Shown in pieces: positions 12,401-25,701 of a stretch of 64,000 nucleotides of DNA (positions are counted from its first letter, which is position 1; each line of letters opens with the position of its first letter). Location of the stretch: the NCBI GenBank assembly GCA_951406725.2, contig OX597819.1, forward strand, positions 77,128,001-77,192,000, given 5' to 3'. Source of the DNA: Octopus vulgaris. Its lineage: Eukaryota. The notes under the pieces were generated by a model. The model did no database searches. It worked only from the letters and a program-made list of their open reading frames with translations, and had not been told where the DNA came from. Position numbers and translations under genes: made by a program.

Positions 12401-13488
12401 CTACTACCTATGTGGAAAATCAATGTATGTTTGTTTGTGGTGTTGTTAGCTAACTCCTCCCACATCGTTTTATTGATTTTTAATGAAACTTGACATGTGA
12501 GTAGGACTCATATCTGGAAATCTCATGACATACTTAGATTGTTGAAAAAAAATCGATAATATGGCCCTGGAAGGGACTTTTATATCTACCTCATATAACT
12601 AATTTTTTTTAAATACCCAAGGGAAATAACCCATAGCACCTGCACAATATTTTTTTAAACACTCGGGAAATAACCCATTTCATTGTTTGTGTTCGATTAC
12701 TTTGAATATTGTTTTTTTGTGTGTTCAATTTCTAATTTTTGAAGACAATATCACTTTTTTACTTTATTTGACATGTGAGTAGAACTCATGTCTGGAAACC
12801 TCATGACATAGATTCTTGAAAAAAAATCAATTATAGGGCCTATCCAATGGATCCTCCTATCTACAACATATTACTAATATTTTATTTAAACAACCCAAGG
12901 GAAATAACCCATACTGCCAGCAGTTTTTAATGAAGTGATCAATATTTGATTCTCACAGTCAGCCAACCCAATTCTGCATTTCACTACTCAGTTTTGAACT
13001 GCTAATTATTAGTATTGCACTTCCTTAATTTGAATCTCTTCATTCATACATTTCTGTACATACTTGTTTGAATGCCTATCACTCCAATAATTCTGCATTT
13101 TTACAGTTACACTTTCTCCATGACAGTAGATAAATTTTTTTCCACCACATATTTGTAGTGGCTTCATGCAAGCAAAGCGTGGATTCAATCCTTGATTGCC
13201 AAATTTCACTTAACACTTCAATAGTGCTTTACTCATGGTAAAACAATAGTTTTTTCTGTGAACAACAACCTCTCTCACAAACCTCTGACAATCTTTTTCA
13301 CCAACCTCCGAAAACCTCTCTCACCAACCTCCAACAATCTCTCCTCCAGCTGACAGTTTTTGTACTTTTTCATGATGGAAAATACACCTTTTGTGGCAGT
13401 TATAACAAAATTGCATTTTTATATCAGAGTAATAAGTCATTTGAATGGAACATCTTTACCCCCAGAAATTACCAGGTACACCAGCTAG
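12400..13488 (+). mobile_element. Non-autonomous Helitron-like element with an internal duplication
   Basis: A|TC start, CTAG|T end preceded by a decayed GC hairpin. Internal direct repeat ~12490-12640 vs ~12768-12920. Shares ctaact-ctcccacat and gggaa-taac motifs with 27837-28196. Confidence 0.65.
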
Positions 13489-13716
13489 TATATATATATA
13501 TATATATTTATCTTCCTGCTGTTGAGTTGGTTCATCTGGGACACTTGACAGTAAGAGGTCGAGTTTCATTTTGAAGACACCTACATCCACCTCATGCAGA
13601 ATAAGTCCTGGGGTTGATTTGCTCAACTAAAGTCTGTGCTTCAGCATGGCCACAGTCAAATGACTGAAACAAATAAAAGAATAAAAAGAATACACACACA
13701 CACACATATATATATA

Positions 13717-14573
13717 CAAGTGAAAATCAAATCAAATCAAATCAAAATAGATGAACATCAATGGAATTTGTATCTTGTGGTACCAGTGCCGGTGGCACAC
13801 AAGAAAACCATCCGAACGTGGCCGTAGCCAGTACCGCATCGACTGGCCTCCGTACTGTGGGCACGCAACAAACACCATCCGATCGTGGCCGTTCGCCAGC
13901 CTCATCTGGCACCTGTGTCGGTGGCACATAAAAACTCCATCCGAAGACCCGGCAAGACTAGTCAGGCCATAACCCGTGGCCCCTACCTGGGACGTAGTCA
14001 GTCCACCTGTGCATACCTTCCTTCTTGTGACACTTGTGAAGACCTGTTGAGGCAAGTGAAAATCAAATCAAATCAAAACAAATCAAAATAGATGAACATC
14101 AATGGAATTTGTATCTTTGTGGACCAGTGCCGGTGGTACACAAGAAAATCATCCGAACGTGGCCGTAGCCAGTACCGCATAGACTGGCCTCCGTGCTTTG
14201 GGGACGTAACAAACACCATCCGATCGTGGCCGTCCGCCAGCCTCATCTGGCACCTGTGTCGGTGGCACATAAAAACACCATCCGAGCGTGGCCGTCTGCC
14301 AGCCTCGTCTGGCACCTGTGTCGGTGGCACATAAAAACACCATCCGAGCGTGGCCGTTCGCCAGCCTCGTCTGGCACCTGTGTCGGTGGCACATAAAATC
14401 ACCCACTACACTCTCGGAGTGGTTGGCGTTAGGAAGGGCATCCAGCTGTAGAAACACTGCCACATCTGACTGGCCTGGTGCAGCCTTCGGGCTCCCCAGA
14501 CCCCAGTTGAACCGTCCAACCCATGCTAGCATGGAAAACGGACGCTAAATGATGATGATGATGATGATGATGA
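13717..14573 (+). mobile_element. Young RTE-type 3' fragment with a duplicated segment and ~60-bp internal tandem units
   Basis: GC/CpG-rich. 13717-13943 is repeated from ~14054. Unit ccatccgagcgtggccgt-cgccagcctcgtctggcacctgtgtcggtggcacataaaa; (GAT)n tail. Confidence 0.8.
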
Positions 14574-14587
14574 TACACATTTATACT

Positions 14588-14740
14588 TTATTAAAAACCA
14601 TCAAAAATATCACAAAAGCTGTTACTCAGAGTTTCACTTTGCCATTTTCTTGGACAGTTTTGTTTAAAACTGTCCGACAATCAGGAACATGAAACTCTGA
14701 GTAACAGTTTTTATGATATTTTTGCTGCTTTTTGATGAAG
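14588..14740. repeat. Fold-back with ~75-bp arms, each containing a decayed minimal hammerhead ribozyme motif
   Basis: aaaaatatcacaaaagctgttactcagagtttca...ggacagtttt mirrors aaaactgtcc...tgaaactctgagtaacagtttttatgatattttt. Confidence 0.85.
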
Positions 14741-14864
14741 AATATTACTCTATCTCTGGTATTCAAGTACTATTTTTCCACCTTGTTTCACATTTATCTG
14801 CTTACTTTGGTATATACATTTATATGTATATAAATGTATATATATATATTTCACTTAGTTAAGA

Positions 14865-15065
14865 CAGTGAAATGGCAGAATCATTAGCACACCAGGCAAA
14901 ATGCCTAACAGCATCTTTACATTCTGTGTTCTAATTCTGCCAAGATTGACTTGCCTTTCATCTTTTCAGAGTCAATGAAATAAGTACCAGTTGAGCATTG
15001 GGGCTGATGTAATCTACTTAGCCCGTCCCCAGAAATTTCTGGCCTTGTACCAGCATTTTAAACCA
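14865..15065 (+). mobile_element. SINE family B
   Basis: tggcagaatcattagcac...gacttgcctttcatc...aaataagtaccagttgagc. Confidence 0.8.
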
Positions 15066-16969
15066 ATATTTCACTTAGGTATAGTGCTACCAGTTACCTG
15101 TTGTTAGAACTCAATACATGTATGCTTCAGGAGTAAAGCATTAGTTGAGAACAGAGCAAAATAAGAGTTTATGTAAATGATGAGTGAATAAGAAATTATG
15201 TAATGAATTTTAATAGCTTACATTTGTTTCTGTTAAAACTCTTCATTTTTGAAGCCCCAACAAAAGTATAAGGTGATATGCAAGCACTCATCTACGAGCA
15301 CATTGCGTCTTATAGTAGAAACAGATGTTGTCTAGCAATGTTCATTACCTAATTTCTTGTTCCCTTGTCCTTTATATCTCTCATATATATATATATATAT
15401 ATAGATATGGTTGTGTATGCTTGTGTGTTTGTTCTGTATGTATGTATGTGTGTGTGTCTGAGTGTATCAGTATATTTTAACTTAATATGATTCTCTTAAA
15501 TGACCTAAGTTTATAAATAGATTGAAAGCATCATTTAAAAAAAAATTTTAAAGAAATATTTGAGGCTTTCTTTCCTTTGTGTCTTATTTCCATCTCTTGA
15601 TCTTTTATTTCCTATATCTTCTTCATTCATCTCATTCTTTACTCCCTTTTCTTTTTAATCATATTTGAATTAATTAAAATATGAGAAAATAGTGTCTTCA
15701 TTTCTGCCTGTCCTCTTTCTTCTCTCTCTCCTTCTCTCTCCCTACCTCTACTTTCAACTTTGTTGAAATACCAGTTTCCTACATTATTTAATTCCCATTT
15801 TCATTATTGTTCCTCCTTTCTTCTACATCTTCTTTATGTTTCTTTCCTCTGTTTCCAAAATATTTGCCAAATATTTCTTCATAATATTTTTGTTTTTCCT
15901 CTTTGCAAACAATACTCTTCAAACTAACCAAATTAAGCTTTATCCCTTTACTAGTTTGTAAGAGTTAATAGTTTTTTAAAAATTCATTATTCAGTTAATG
16001 TTTTCTATGGAAAGGGGTTCCTTTATTAGCCTGAATAACTTATAAATTTGCAAATCTTTTATTTTTGTTTTAATTTTATTTTTTAATGGTACCTTAAAAA
16101 TAATATTTATCCTTGAGTGCGAATTCATTTTTATGATTCCTCTACCAAATCATTGTTTTATATATCTGTGTGTGTGTAACAAAATCTCCATAAATTTGGA
16201 ACCCTTAAACAAGCATTACACTTAAGAGAATTAGAATCTGTATGAAAGACTGAAGGACAATCATGCAATATCAGTGTATATTATAGTGTATACAGCAAAA
16301 TCACCATAAATAACCAAGAAAGCAATTACCCCTGTACAAGTTTAACACTATGAGGACTAAAATTTCAATGAAGAAGAACTTAAAACCTTGAGAACACAAG
16401 ACACAAAAGATAAGCTGTCAGCAAGCATATTAAATGTATATATCCATCATCAGCTGCCAAATGAATATCCTTATGATTTCAGCACCTGAGCAGTACTATT
16501 CAATCTGGTGATGCCAACAGTATTTAAAACATAGATGCTGCCAGTGAATTAATGAACATATTGCACTAACATTTTACTTCTACTTCTTTATTATGTCTAC
16601 ACCTACTTATTGTTTACAAACATCAAAGCTCAAACATAAATCATTTTTTGCAAAGAAATTAAGAAATTCTACATAGAAAGCAGAAACATCTTTAAAATGG
16701 ACTTTGCTACCCCAAGAATAATAGAACTTAAAATGCACCGGCAAACTAAATGTTTAGAACAAAAATCATTGAGCCTAGTTAAAAACACATTACCAATATT
16801 TCATTTATATAACTATAGTATTTTTCTAGCTTTTCTTGACTAAGAGATAAAAATTGTTGAATCTATACAGTTTATATTCATGTTTGAACTTGAAAATATG
16901 AGTGATTAGGGTTCAAATATATATGTAGGTGGAGTTTTTGAAGAAAGCATTTTGTGACAGAATGACTGG

Positions 16970-17215
16970 GCTGTGTGTTGTGTTCTTGGGCAAGACACTA
17001 TATAACATGTTGCTCCAGTTTACTCAGCTGTAGAAATGAACGTCACTATTGGCAAGCCTTTGCCTTTCCCAACATCAGTGGCATGGAAGAAGGAAGGCTA
17101 GTGTGCATGGGCAACTGCTAGTTTTCCATAAACAACTTTGCCCAGACTTGTGCCTTGGATGGGAACTTTCTAGGTGCAGTCCCGTGGTCGTTCATGATTG
17201 AAGGGGTTCATTACC
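16970..17215 (+). mobile_element. SINE family C, 5'-truncated
   Basis: gtgttgtgttcttgggcaagacact...ctttctaggtgca matches 39495-39745. Confidence 0.75.
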
Positions 17216-20200
17216 CTCTAAGTCTACTAAAATCTGGACACTAGTCATATCTTGTCTGCTGTAAGGATATAAATGGTCTTCTTGTTGATATAGTCTGGTT
17301 TACCGTTTGAAGTTTAGTATCTTCCACATTAGTCTGGCACTTGACATGCAGTTTTTTGGGGCTTTTAAAAAATTTTTTGGAAGTGAATAGTGAAATGAAC
17401 ACCATCATCATTATTGCATACATACACATACACACATGTTTCTATAAAAGAAATTTAAATTTAAAGCATTTTTACATTTGCTTACAGTTATCTTCTCACA
17501 TTGTTTAATATCTAAATTCCCCTACTTCACATCTTAGTTTTTAAACTGCCCCACCCCCAACACAATTATCCAATTTCTAAATTTACTTCATCAAAAACCC
17601 AATGAGAAAAATATTTACTTCTTGAGAAATACCAGAGAGAAATATCATCCTCTCAGCTGTAGCATTTAGAATTTCTATTTCAACACTAATAGGTTGTAAT
17701 CTTCATATCTATGTAATCACCTTTGAAACTTAAAACACTTCACTTTGAGATTTATAGAGAAGTCTGCTGTATCATATTGAGTAGTTTAGTTTTTTTAAAA
17801 AGTGGTGCCAAGAAAGTCTAAATAGGTTGTTTTCTGCTTTTTTCATAACATACCCCCTTTCTTGAATATGCAGAGACACTGAGCAGTACTACAGAATATA
17901 CAGTACACAGTTTAAACTTTGTTGTAAAAAAAAATCTTGGTTGCTCAGTAAAAAATGCACTCATATGATCTGTTTTCATAAAGATATTAAGTGGGTTGGC
18001 TTAACTTGGCTGGGGTCATTCCAAGTTAGTGGTCCCAGAAGCATCATCATACATAGAGCCAACCAGTGCTCTCCATCACTGGCATTCCCATGCCAGCCCC
18101 TCTGCATCTTCCAAGGTGATATCAAGACTTAGGGGATTATATTTATTTTCATTTAAAGTAACTATTGAAAAGACAAACCCCCCCCCAAAAAAATGCCTCT
18201 TAGTGGTAGATTTTAGAGAGATGAAATTGCATTCATTCATTATCTCAAACCTGCTATCTTATAGTATGAAAATGTGTAATCATATCAATTTAATTTCTGT
18301 TAATTTGCAAAGTGTATAATTAATTAGTAAAGAGAGACGCATAAGAAACTTAAATAGACAGTCGTTATTATATATATCATTTGAGTTACAGTTCCAGGTT
18401 CTACTATTTATCTTTGTATCTGTTACATAAGTATGATTACTCTTGCAATGTAGAGTGGGTTGTTCTGAAAGTAGAAATGTTCATAGAGAAGCTATTTCAG
18501 CTTAAGTACTAGTATGCCAACATTTCGAGAAATGTGGTGGTGAATCATTGCCAGCAGATCCTGTTACTATAATTGTTCCATTTTATATATTCCGATGTTC
18601 TCAGATATTTTTCACTTCTCATATATCATTGTAGTCAGTTAAGATCTGTTTTTGTGACATTGATGGTAACACTGGAAAAAAACTCAGAGTACTGGCGTTA
18701 TTTTGTAGTTTATTTAGCTTAATAAATTCCATTTTATGAGATGAGACTAAGTTGTGGATTGATTGAAGCTTTCAAGAAACAAGCCAAGTTGCTGCTAAAT
18801 AGCGTGTGTTTATAGTTTGAAATTTCACATGACTCTGATATAGATACAGGTGTGGCTGCATGGTTTCAGAAGTTTACTTCCCGACTATGTGGTCTTGGTT
18901 TCAGTTCCACTACATGGCACCTTGGACAAGTTTTCTACTCTTCTGTATAGCTATAGGGAAATATTACTACATTGCTTGGAAACAAGTGAGGATCTGATTG
19001 TAGAAAATTTACCTTAATAACTTCCATCTGACCCATGCAAGCACGCAAAAAGGGATGTTAAAACGATGATGATATACTCTTTTATTGGTTGGCTTCAGGA
19101 CCCTATCTACTAGGAATTTTAGTACATTATATCCACCTGAGTATTTAGTGTAGTATTTATTTTATCAATCTCTATCAAATGGATAAATTCACTTTGTTAT
19201 AAAGGGACATAACTCAAACAAGTTAAATACCACATTTTTGTTTGATGCACTAATCTATTAGCAGTCACTCATTGATATGCATACTCATATATCTATCTAT
19301 CTTTCTTTCTTTCCATCTGTGTGTGTGTATATAAATGATGGGTCACGGGTGTAGCTTCCATCTATCAAATTTCTTTCACAAAGCTCTGGTGAACCTAAAG
19401 CTGTGAATGAAGACACTTATCCCAGACCATGTGACTGCAAGGAGGAATTTTTAACTATACTCTTATGGCTGTACCTATTTATACATATTAATATATGTGT
19501 GTGCATGTGCAATGAGAATTTGGTTATCTAGGTGATCAATAACTGAACAACCAAACCATTTATAAGATGCCCTGTTCAGTCACTGGGACTGGAATTGTGT
19601 CAGTGACTAAAAAATAATTTCAGTACACTAGATCACTTTACCCAAAATAGATATTTTGGTGTGTTATAATGAATTCGAAGTTATAAGCAGTAACAGCAGT
19701 ATGAAATTGATGTGTGTTTGTTAGTTTGCAGTACTGAATTTGATTCTTTTTTTTATCAATAATAGAAAAAAAAAATGTGCCTTTCTTTTAAAAAAAACAT
19801 GTTGAGCATAGAAACAATAGCTTAGCACAATAAGGAAAGGATAGATTTTATGTGTAACAAAGATTTTGGAAGAGAGAAAAATATATAACTTTTGGGCAAC
19901 TATTTCTCTGTTGTGTGAAGAAACCAGTCTCAGTTAGTCTGCACATGGCACAGCTCTCTACATTCAACCTAGAGGTAATAAATAATAAAATAATTAAAAA
20001 AAAATACAATAAAACTTTTTGATGGAAACTTATTCCGAAATTTGCACTGAAGTTTGATGTCCTAAAATACCGCATTTGTAAATCAGATATAACCATATTT
20101 CCAATAGGCTTAATTAACACTATTTTATAGAGTAATGTGTATTCATGTTTTTGGTACAGCAGCAGACGTTTATGATTAGGTTAACTGTGACTTGTAAAGA

Positions 20201-22347
20201 ACAGGGTTGGTTGAAAACTTCATTGGTTTCCACAAACTCAGTGAACCAGGTTGATTAGCTTTTGTTTAATTATCTTTGTGTACTTGTACTGTTGTTGTTT
20301 AGCCCCAGGTTATCCTTGACCAAACAGACTTATGATCAAAGCATTCTAACTATGGTCATTCTATCTTGTTTGCAATTGTGATATATCTAAAAGTACAATG
20401 CCCCTAGAGACACTGCAGCCCTCCTAATATGTACATTCTCTACTTTTATCTCTTTTTATCAAGAGAGTATGTTTTGAAAGAAATTTGGCTGATTTTTTTT
20501 TCTCTCTGAATGGCTGCATCAAATTCTTTAGTTGGCCTTTAGTAATGAAGTGTTGATATAGTTCAACATATGTTATCTAAGGTAATTTGGTGAATGTAAG
20601 ATTATATATTTCAGTACTATTTCTTATTGAAATACTTGAAGCCTTGTTTATCACCATTCCATTCCATCCATCATTGATCTGGGATGACATGGTAGGCTCA
20701 GTTGTGAACCATGTTATACTTATTACAAATTGATCTGTGATAACACAGGTCAGTGATTTATCGAAGATTCTGCTTGAACTGCAGAAACACACCCAAGTGG
20801 CCACCCACAATGTTCAACTACCCAGAATGCATTTATTGTCGCTTGTTTTCATGACCATGCTAGGAGGTTGTGTAGTTTTTTTATACAAATTTATGTATGC
20901 ATACCATCAGTGTAGGACCAGTGAACAGAAAAAAATTACAAAAACATCTAATTCTAACAAGTGATGCAAACAAAATATATGCTCTGCAGGAAAAGGTAGA
21001 GATGATCGACAAAAAACATGACAGTAGAAGCTTCTCTGATGTGGCTTCCATGAGCTTTGTGTCAATGAATCTAGCATTTATTCTATTTACTAGGTGTATG
21101 AAGAGGATTTATTTAGCACCAAGTTTTTTTTTTGTTTTTTTTTTTCGAAACCACACTCCTGTGATAAGCTAGGATGATGTATTCCCTTTTCTTTCAGTCA
21201 TATGTAGTTGCATTGTTGTTTAATGCCTGGACAGATTGATCACACTGAATTATGATCAAAAATATTCCAGCTGTAATCATCCCAGTTTTGTTATTTAATC
21301 TGTCCTAACTTTTTAAATGACAGGGTGGGTTTTGCTAGATATTTGACTGCTATTTCTAGAAGTTTGGAAGGCTAAGCAAAGGTCCCCCCATTAGCTTGGT
21401 TTGTTTCTTTTCATTGCAGTTTTGTTCAATACCACTTTGAAATAGAAACATTGTTATAGTATTTTTATGTTTAAAATATCAAAATTCTATAAGTTTTTGC
21501 TTTTATGATTGGGGAACATTTGATTAATTGAATGGAATGGCTTGAATGATAATTGACACTTTGAGGTATATTCTAGATATTCTAGAAACCTTAGCCATAT
21601 TCTTTTATATTTTTAGCCATTTGAGTCTCAGTTGAGTGAAAAGTAGTAAAGATTTCTAAAATACCATTTAAGGGTGGCAAACACATTTATGCAGCGTAAA
21701 TTTAAAGTAAAAAAATTTTATGAAAATATCTAAAACCAGGGATTAATGCCAAAGAAATAGATTTATTGTGAAATGCTTTTAAGAGTGTTTCTGAATGAGA
21801 ATTATATTAATAAGCATTATGCTGCCTTGCACACGAAGCATTACAGCAGAGAAGGCTAGAGGCTAAATGAATTTTAAATAAAGTAGTTTATTTTGGAAAC
21901 TACTCATGAAAAATCTTTAAGAAATGTGCCTGATTTTGACATGAAGATTTATTCGCTTTTTATTATTTTCATGTAACTTGAAATTCTTGTGATGTTCGTG
22001 TATAAATATGTCTGTGAGAAATCATGTACTTTTGGACACAATTGTTTGATGTTAATATCTGTTTTTTCTATTTATTTATTTGTATACAAAGTTTCTCTCA
22101 TTTCTTCTTTCTCTTGATCACTTTGTATGTTGCTTACACCTGTTGTTTCTGCTCATTTTGTCCTTTGCCTTCTCCCTCTATTTTATTCATTCTCATTTTG
22201 TTCATTTCTTTCTTTTCTGTTTTTTTTTTTTTGTTGTTGTTGCCGTTACTAAACAAGTTCTAGTTTTGATAATAGCTTTACTACACCTCACTACAGTTGC
22301 ATGCACTGTAATGAAAAAAACGAAAAGAACAACCCTAAACAAGATGC

Positions 22348-22735
22348 AGGCATAGCTGCGTGGTAAGAAATTTGCTTCCCAGCAACTTGGTTCCAGGTTC
22401 AGTCCCACTGCATGGCAAAATTGGGCAAGTGTCTTCTACTATAGTCTCAGGCTGACCAAAGCCTTGCAAGTGGATTTGGTAGACGGAAACTGAAAGAAGC
22501 CCATCTTATGTGTTTGTGTGCATTGTTTTTCCCCCATCACTGCTTGATAACTGCTGTTGATGTGTTTACATCCCTATAACTTAGCAGTTTCACAAAAGTG
22601 TCCCATAGAAAAAGTGCCAGATTTAGAAGGAATAAGTATTGAGGTTGATTCATTCAACTAAAAATTCCTGAAGACAGTGCCTCCAGCATGGCCACAGTCT
22701 AATGACTGAAATAAGTAAAAGATAAAAGATAAAAA
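22348..22735 (+). mobile_element. tRNA-derived SINE family A, full length
   Basis: tagctgcgtggtaagaa...ggttcagtcccactg...ggatttggtagacggaaactgaaagaagcc...atgactgaaataag and a (TAAAAGA)n tail. Confidence 0.85.
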
Positions 22736-22902
22736 TGAAGATTTGATGGCTAAGATGTTGGCATTCCACCCAACAAAGAGATTATATTGGATTTAAACAG
22801 CGTTGAAGAGTATTAGATAATTTGGTGACCTCTTGATGTTTAATATAGACCAACTCATAGAAAGAGAGAACCTATTCTATGTTGTCTAGAACATATTGTT
22901 TG

Positions 22903-23297
22903 TCTTTTATCTTTTACTTGTTTCAGTCATTTGACTGTGGCCATGTTTGGGCATTGCCTTCAAGAGTTTTAGTCGGTCAAATCAAAAACAGGACTTTTTT
23001 AAAAAAAAAAACCTTGTACTTATTCTATCAGTCTCTTTTGCTGAACTGCTAAATTGCAGGGGATGTAAACATACCAACACCAGTTGTCAAGTGGTGGTGG
23101 AACACTCATATATATATATATAATACACACACACACATGATAGGCTTCTTTCAATTTCCGTCTACGAAATCCACTCACAGGCTTTAGTTAGCCTGTGGCT
23201 ATAGTAAAAAATAATTGTCCAAAGTGCCACACAGTGGGACAGAACCCAGAACCATGTGTTGTGAAGAAAGCTTTATTACCTCACAACCATGCCTGCA
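22903..23297 (-). mobile_element. SINE family A, full length, inverted relative to 22348-22735
   Basis: Starts tcttttatcttttacttgtttcagtcatt and runs through to the reverse complement of the tRNA-like head. Confidence 0.85.
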
Positions 23298-24463
23298 ACT
23301 ATAAAATGAAAATTTTAAGGGGAACATGTAATTAGTTTTCTTTATTTTTGGAAATATATCTACTTCATTGACATGGCTCATCTGGTTACTTATATTTTGA
23401 CAGAATCTGTTATTTAATGAAGAAATAAAAATTCTTTAAAATTTCTTCAGATTCTCCTCTGTGATATTCCTTTTATTCTTTCTTCCTTTCTTTTTTTCTT
23501 TCCTTCATTCTATCTGTTTTATATATTTTAGTCAGAAAGGGAAAGTTTCTTTACAGAACTTTTGTCACTGATGGGAGCAAAGCAAGCAGAGATTGTTCTC
23601 AGATTGGATGCCTAACTCCAATAAGTTGCCTGAGATTACTGTAGTAAAGGCACTCAAAGAAAAGATGAAGGTGTTAATAAATCAAACACCCAACAACAAC
23701 ATAAAAAGACAGGCCTCTACATATTTTCTGTCTTTCAAGTTTCACTCAAATGGCTTAGGTTAACTCCTTAGCAGTTAAACCAGCCATGCCCAGCCCAAAT
23801 ATTCTACCTGATTCATGTTAAAGCTGGCCATGTCTAACCTCTCACACCTACTGTAAAAATATTGTAAAAATAAACAATCTCATTTTCAAAATCATTTAGT
23901 TTCTATCTATTGTATTCATTCACAAGGCTTTAATGAGGCTGGAGTAATAGTAGAAGACACTAGCCCAAGGTACCATGCAGTAGGACTGAACCCAAAAATA
24001 TGTGATTGGGAAGCAGACTTCTTAACTGCACAGCCACACTGCAGATCATTCAATCTGGTTCTTCCCTGTTTCTACCATATCGTCTGTTCTTCAGTCAATT
24101 TTTAGGTGTTTGTAAGGGGAAATAACTCTATCAGTGTAGTTTACAAAGAAAAACGAAAAAAAGAGAAATAAAATGGTTGAAACTTTTGTGTATTGTAGAA
24201 ACACATACAGGAATATAATTGCTACTGACTTAAGTTGTTTCTTTATGAAGCAACAGTCAAGTTTATTTTCTCTTACTAGACATAAGTATTCATGATACTT
24301 CCAAATTTCACCCAGTGTTCCATTTTTTTTTTTGAAATGTTACTTTTATTGAAAGTGAAAATAGTGAAGTAAAACATTTATTTTCCATCCTTGAATTTTT
24401 TTTTTAGTTGTTCACACCAATACAGTCTTATGTATGTATCTATCTCTCTCCTTCTCCTTATGT

Positions 24464-24541
<78 letters not shown>

Positions 24542-24544
<3 letters not shown>

Positions 24545-24887
24545 GCTGTCGTGGCAAGAAGTTTGCTTCCCAACCTCATGACATTCAGTTCAGTCTTTCT
24601 GCGTAGCATCTTGGGCAAGTGTCTTCTACTATAGCTTTGGGCCAACCACAGCTTTGTGAGTGGATTTGGTAGATGGAAACTGAAGGAAGCCTGTCGTGTG
24701 TGTATCCCACCATCACTTGACAATCAGTGTTGGCGTGTTTATGTACAGTTCAGCAACAGAGACCAATAGAATAAGCACCAGTCTTAAAAAAAAAGTATTG
24801 GGGTTGATTTGTTCAGCTAAAAGTTCTTTAGGGTGTTATCCTAGCATGGCCAAAGTCTAATGACTAAACAAGTGAAAGATAAAAGAT
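24542..24887 (+). mobile_element. SINE family A
   Basis: Same head, body and tail motifs as 22348-22735. Confidence 0.8.
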
Positions 24888-25257
24888 ATATATAGATACA
24901 CAAGCATGTGTGTGTGTATAATGTCCCACCCATGCCAGCCTGGAAGGTAGCTGTTAAACAATGATGATATACACACACACACACACACACACATAAGTGT
25001 ATGAGTGTATCTATTTAGAGGTACATTTGTGTGTGTGTGAACACTGGATGACTGAATAGTTTGCAAGTCCTCTTTGTAATCACAAGATCCTGGGTTTGCT
25101 TCTATTGTATGGCATGGCGGACAAGTGACTCTTGCCAAAGACTTGGGTTAATCCAAACCTTCTGAATAAAAATGGATTAACAGAAATAGTGCAGATAAGT
25201 CAATGATACATAATTGTTACACACTGGGTCATGTTGATTTTTGCCTGAAGATTTACA

Positions 25258-25701
25258 TTAATCCTTTAGCATTCAGCTTACTTTCTCAAATGTAATGCTT
25301 ATTTATTCATGTTGTTTTGAATTAATCATGCATTATTTCATAACTTCCAGATTTCAACGATGTGATTGTTTATTTTTAGAATGACATCATTGGATAGTTC
25401 TATATTTGGGAGATGAGAAATTATGTACATCATTTACATTATTTACATTGACGGATATTTGTCCTCATCTTGTTTGTTGCTAACGTTTCAGCTGATATAC
25501 TCTCCAAGTATCCTGGGGGAATTTTGAACATCAGCCGAAATGTTGGGTTAACAACAAACAAGATGAGGACAAATGTCCATCAAATGTAAATAATGTAAAT
25601 AATTGTTGGGTGGGTGTTAGAAGCCAGATCTGGTCAGTTTGAATATAAGACAGGTAGAATAACAGGATTAAATATGGTTGATTTAAATGCAAAAGGGTTA
25701 A
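25258..25701. mobile_element. piggyBac-like MITE (TTAA flanks) carrying a nested fold-back
   Basis: ttaa-tcctttagcatt ... aatgcaaaaggg-ttaa; uninterrupted relative at ~61142-61370. Confidence 0.75.
25432..25600. repeat. Fold-back element with ~65-70-bp arms
   Basis: atttacattatttacattgacggatatttgtcctcatcttgtttgttg...gtttcagctgat mirrors atcagccgaaat...caacaaacaagatgaggacaaatgtccatcaaatgtaaataatgtaaat. Confidence 0.9.

Noticed and set aside
13636-14548. Cluster of overlapping GC-rich ORFs with repeated peptides; CRISPR-like look of the 60-bp units
   Set aside because: Tandem units of a retroelement 3'UTR with no unique spacers and no cas genes, in eukaryotic context.
19954-19974. 21-nt frame-preserving segment with donor GAG|gtaata
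   Set aside because: No pyrimidine tract before the AG.
20577-21172. Overlapping 75-91 aa ORFs
   Set aside because: No recognisable motif or splice support; probably decayed repeat sequence.
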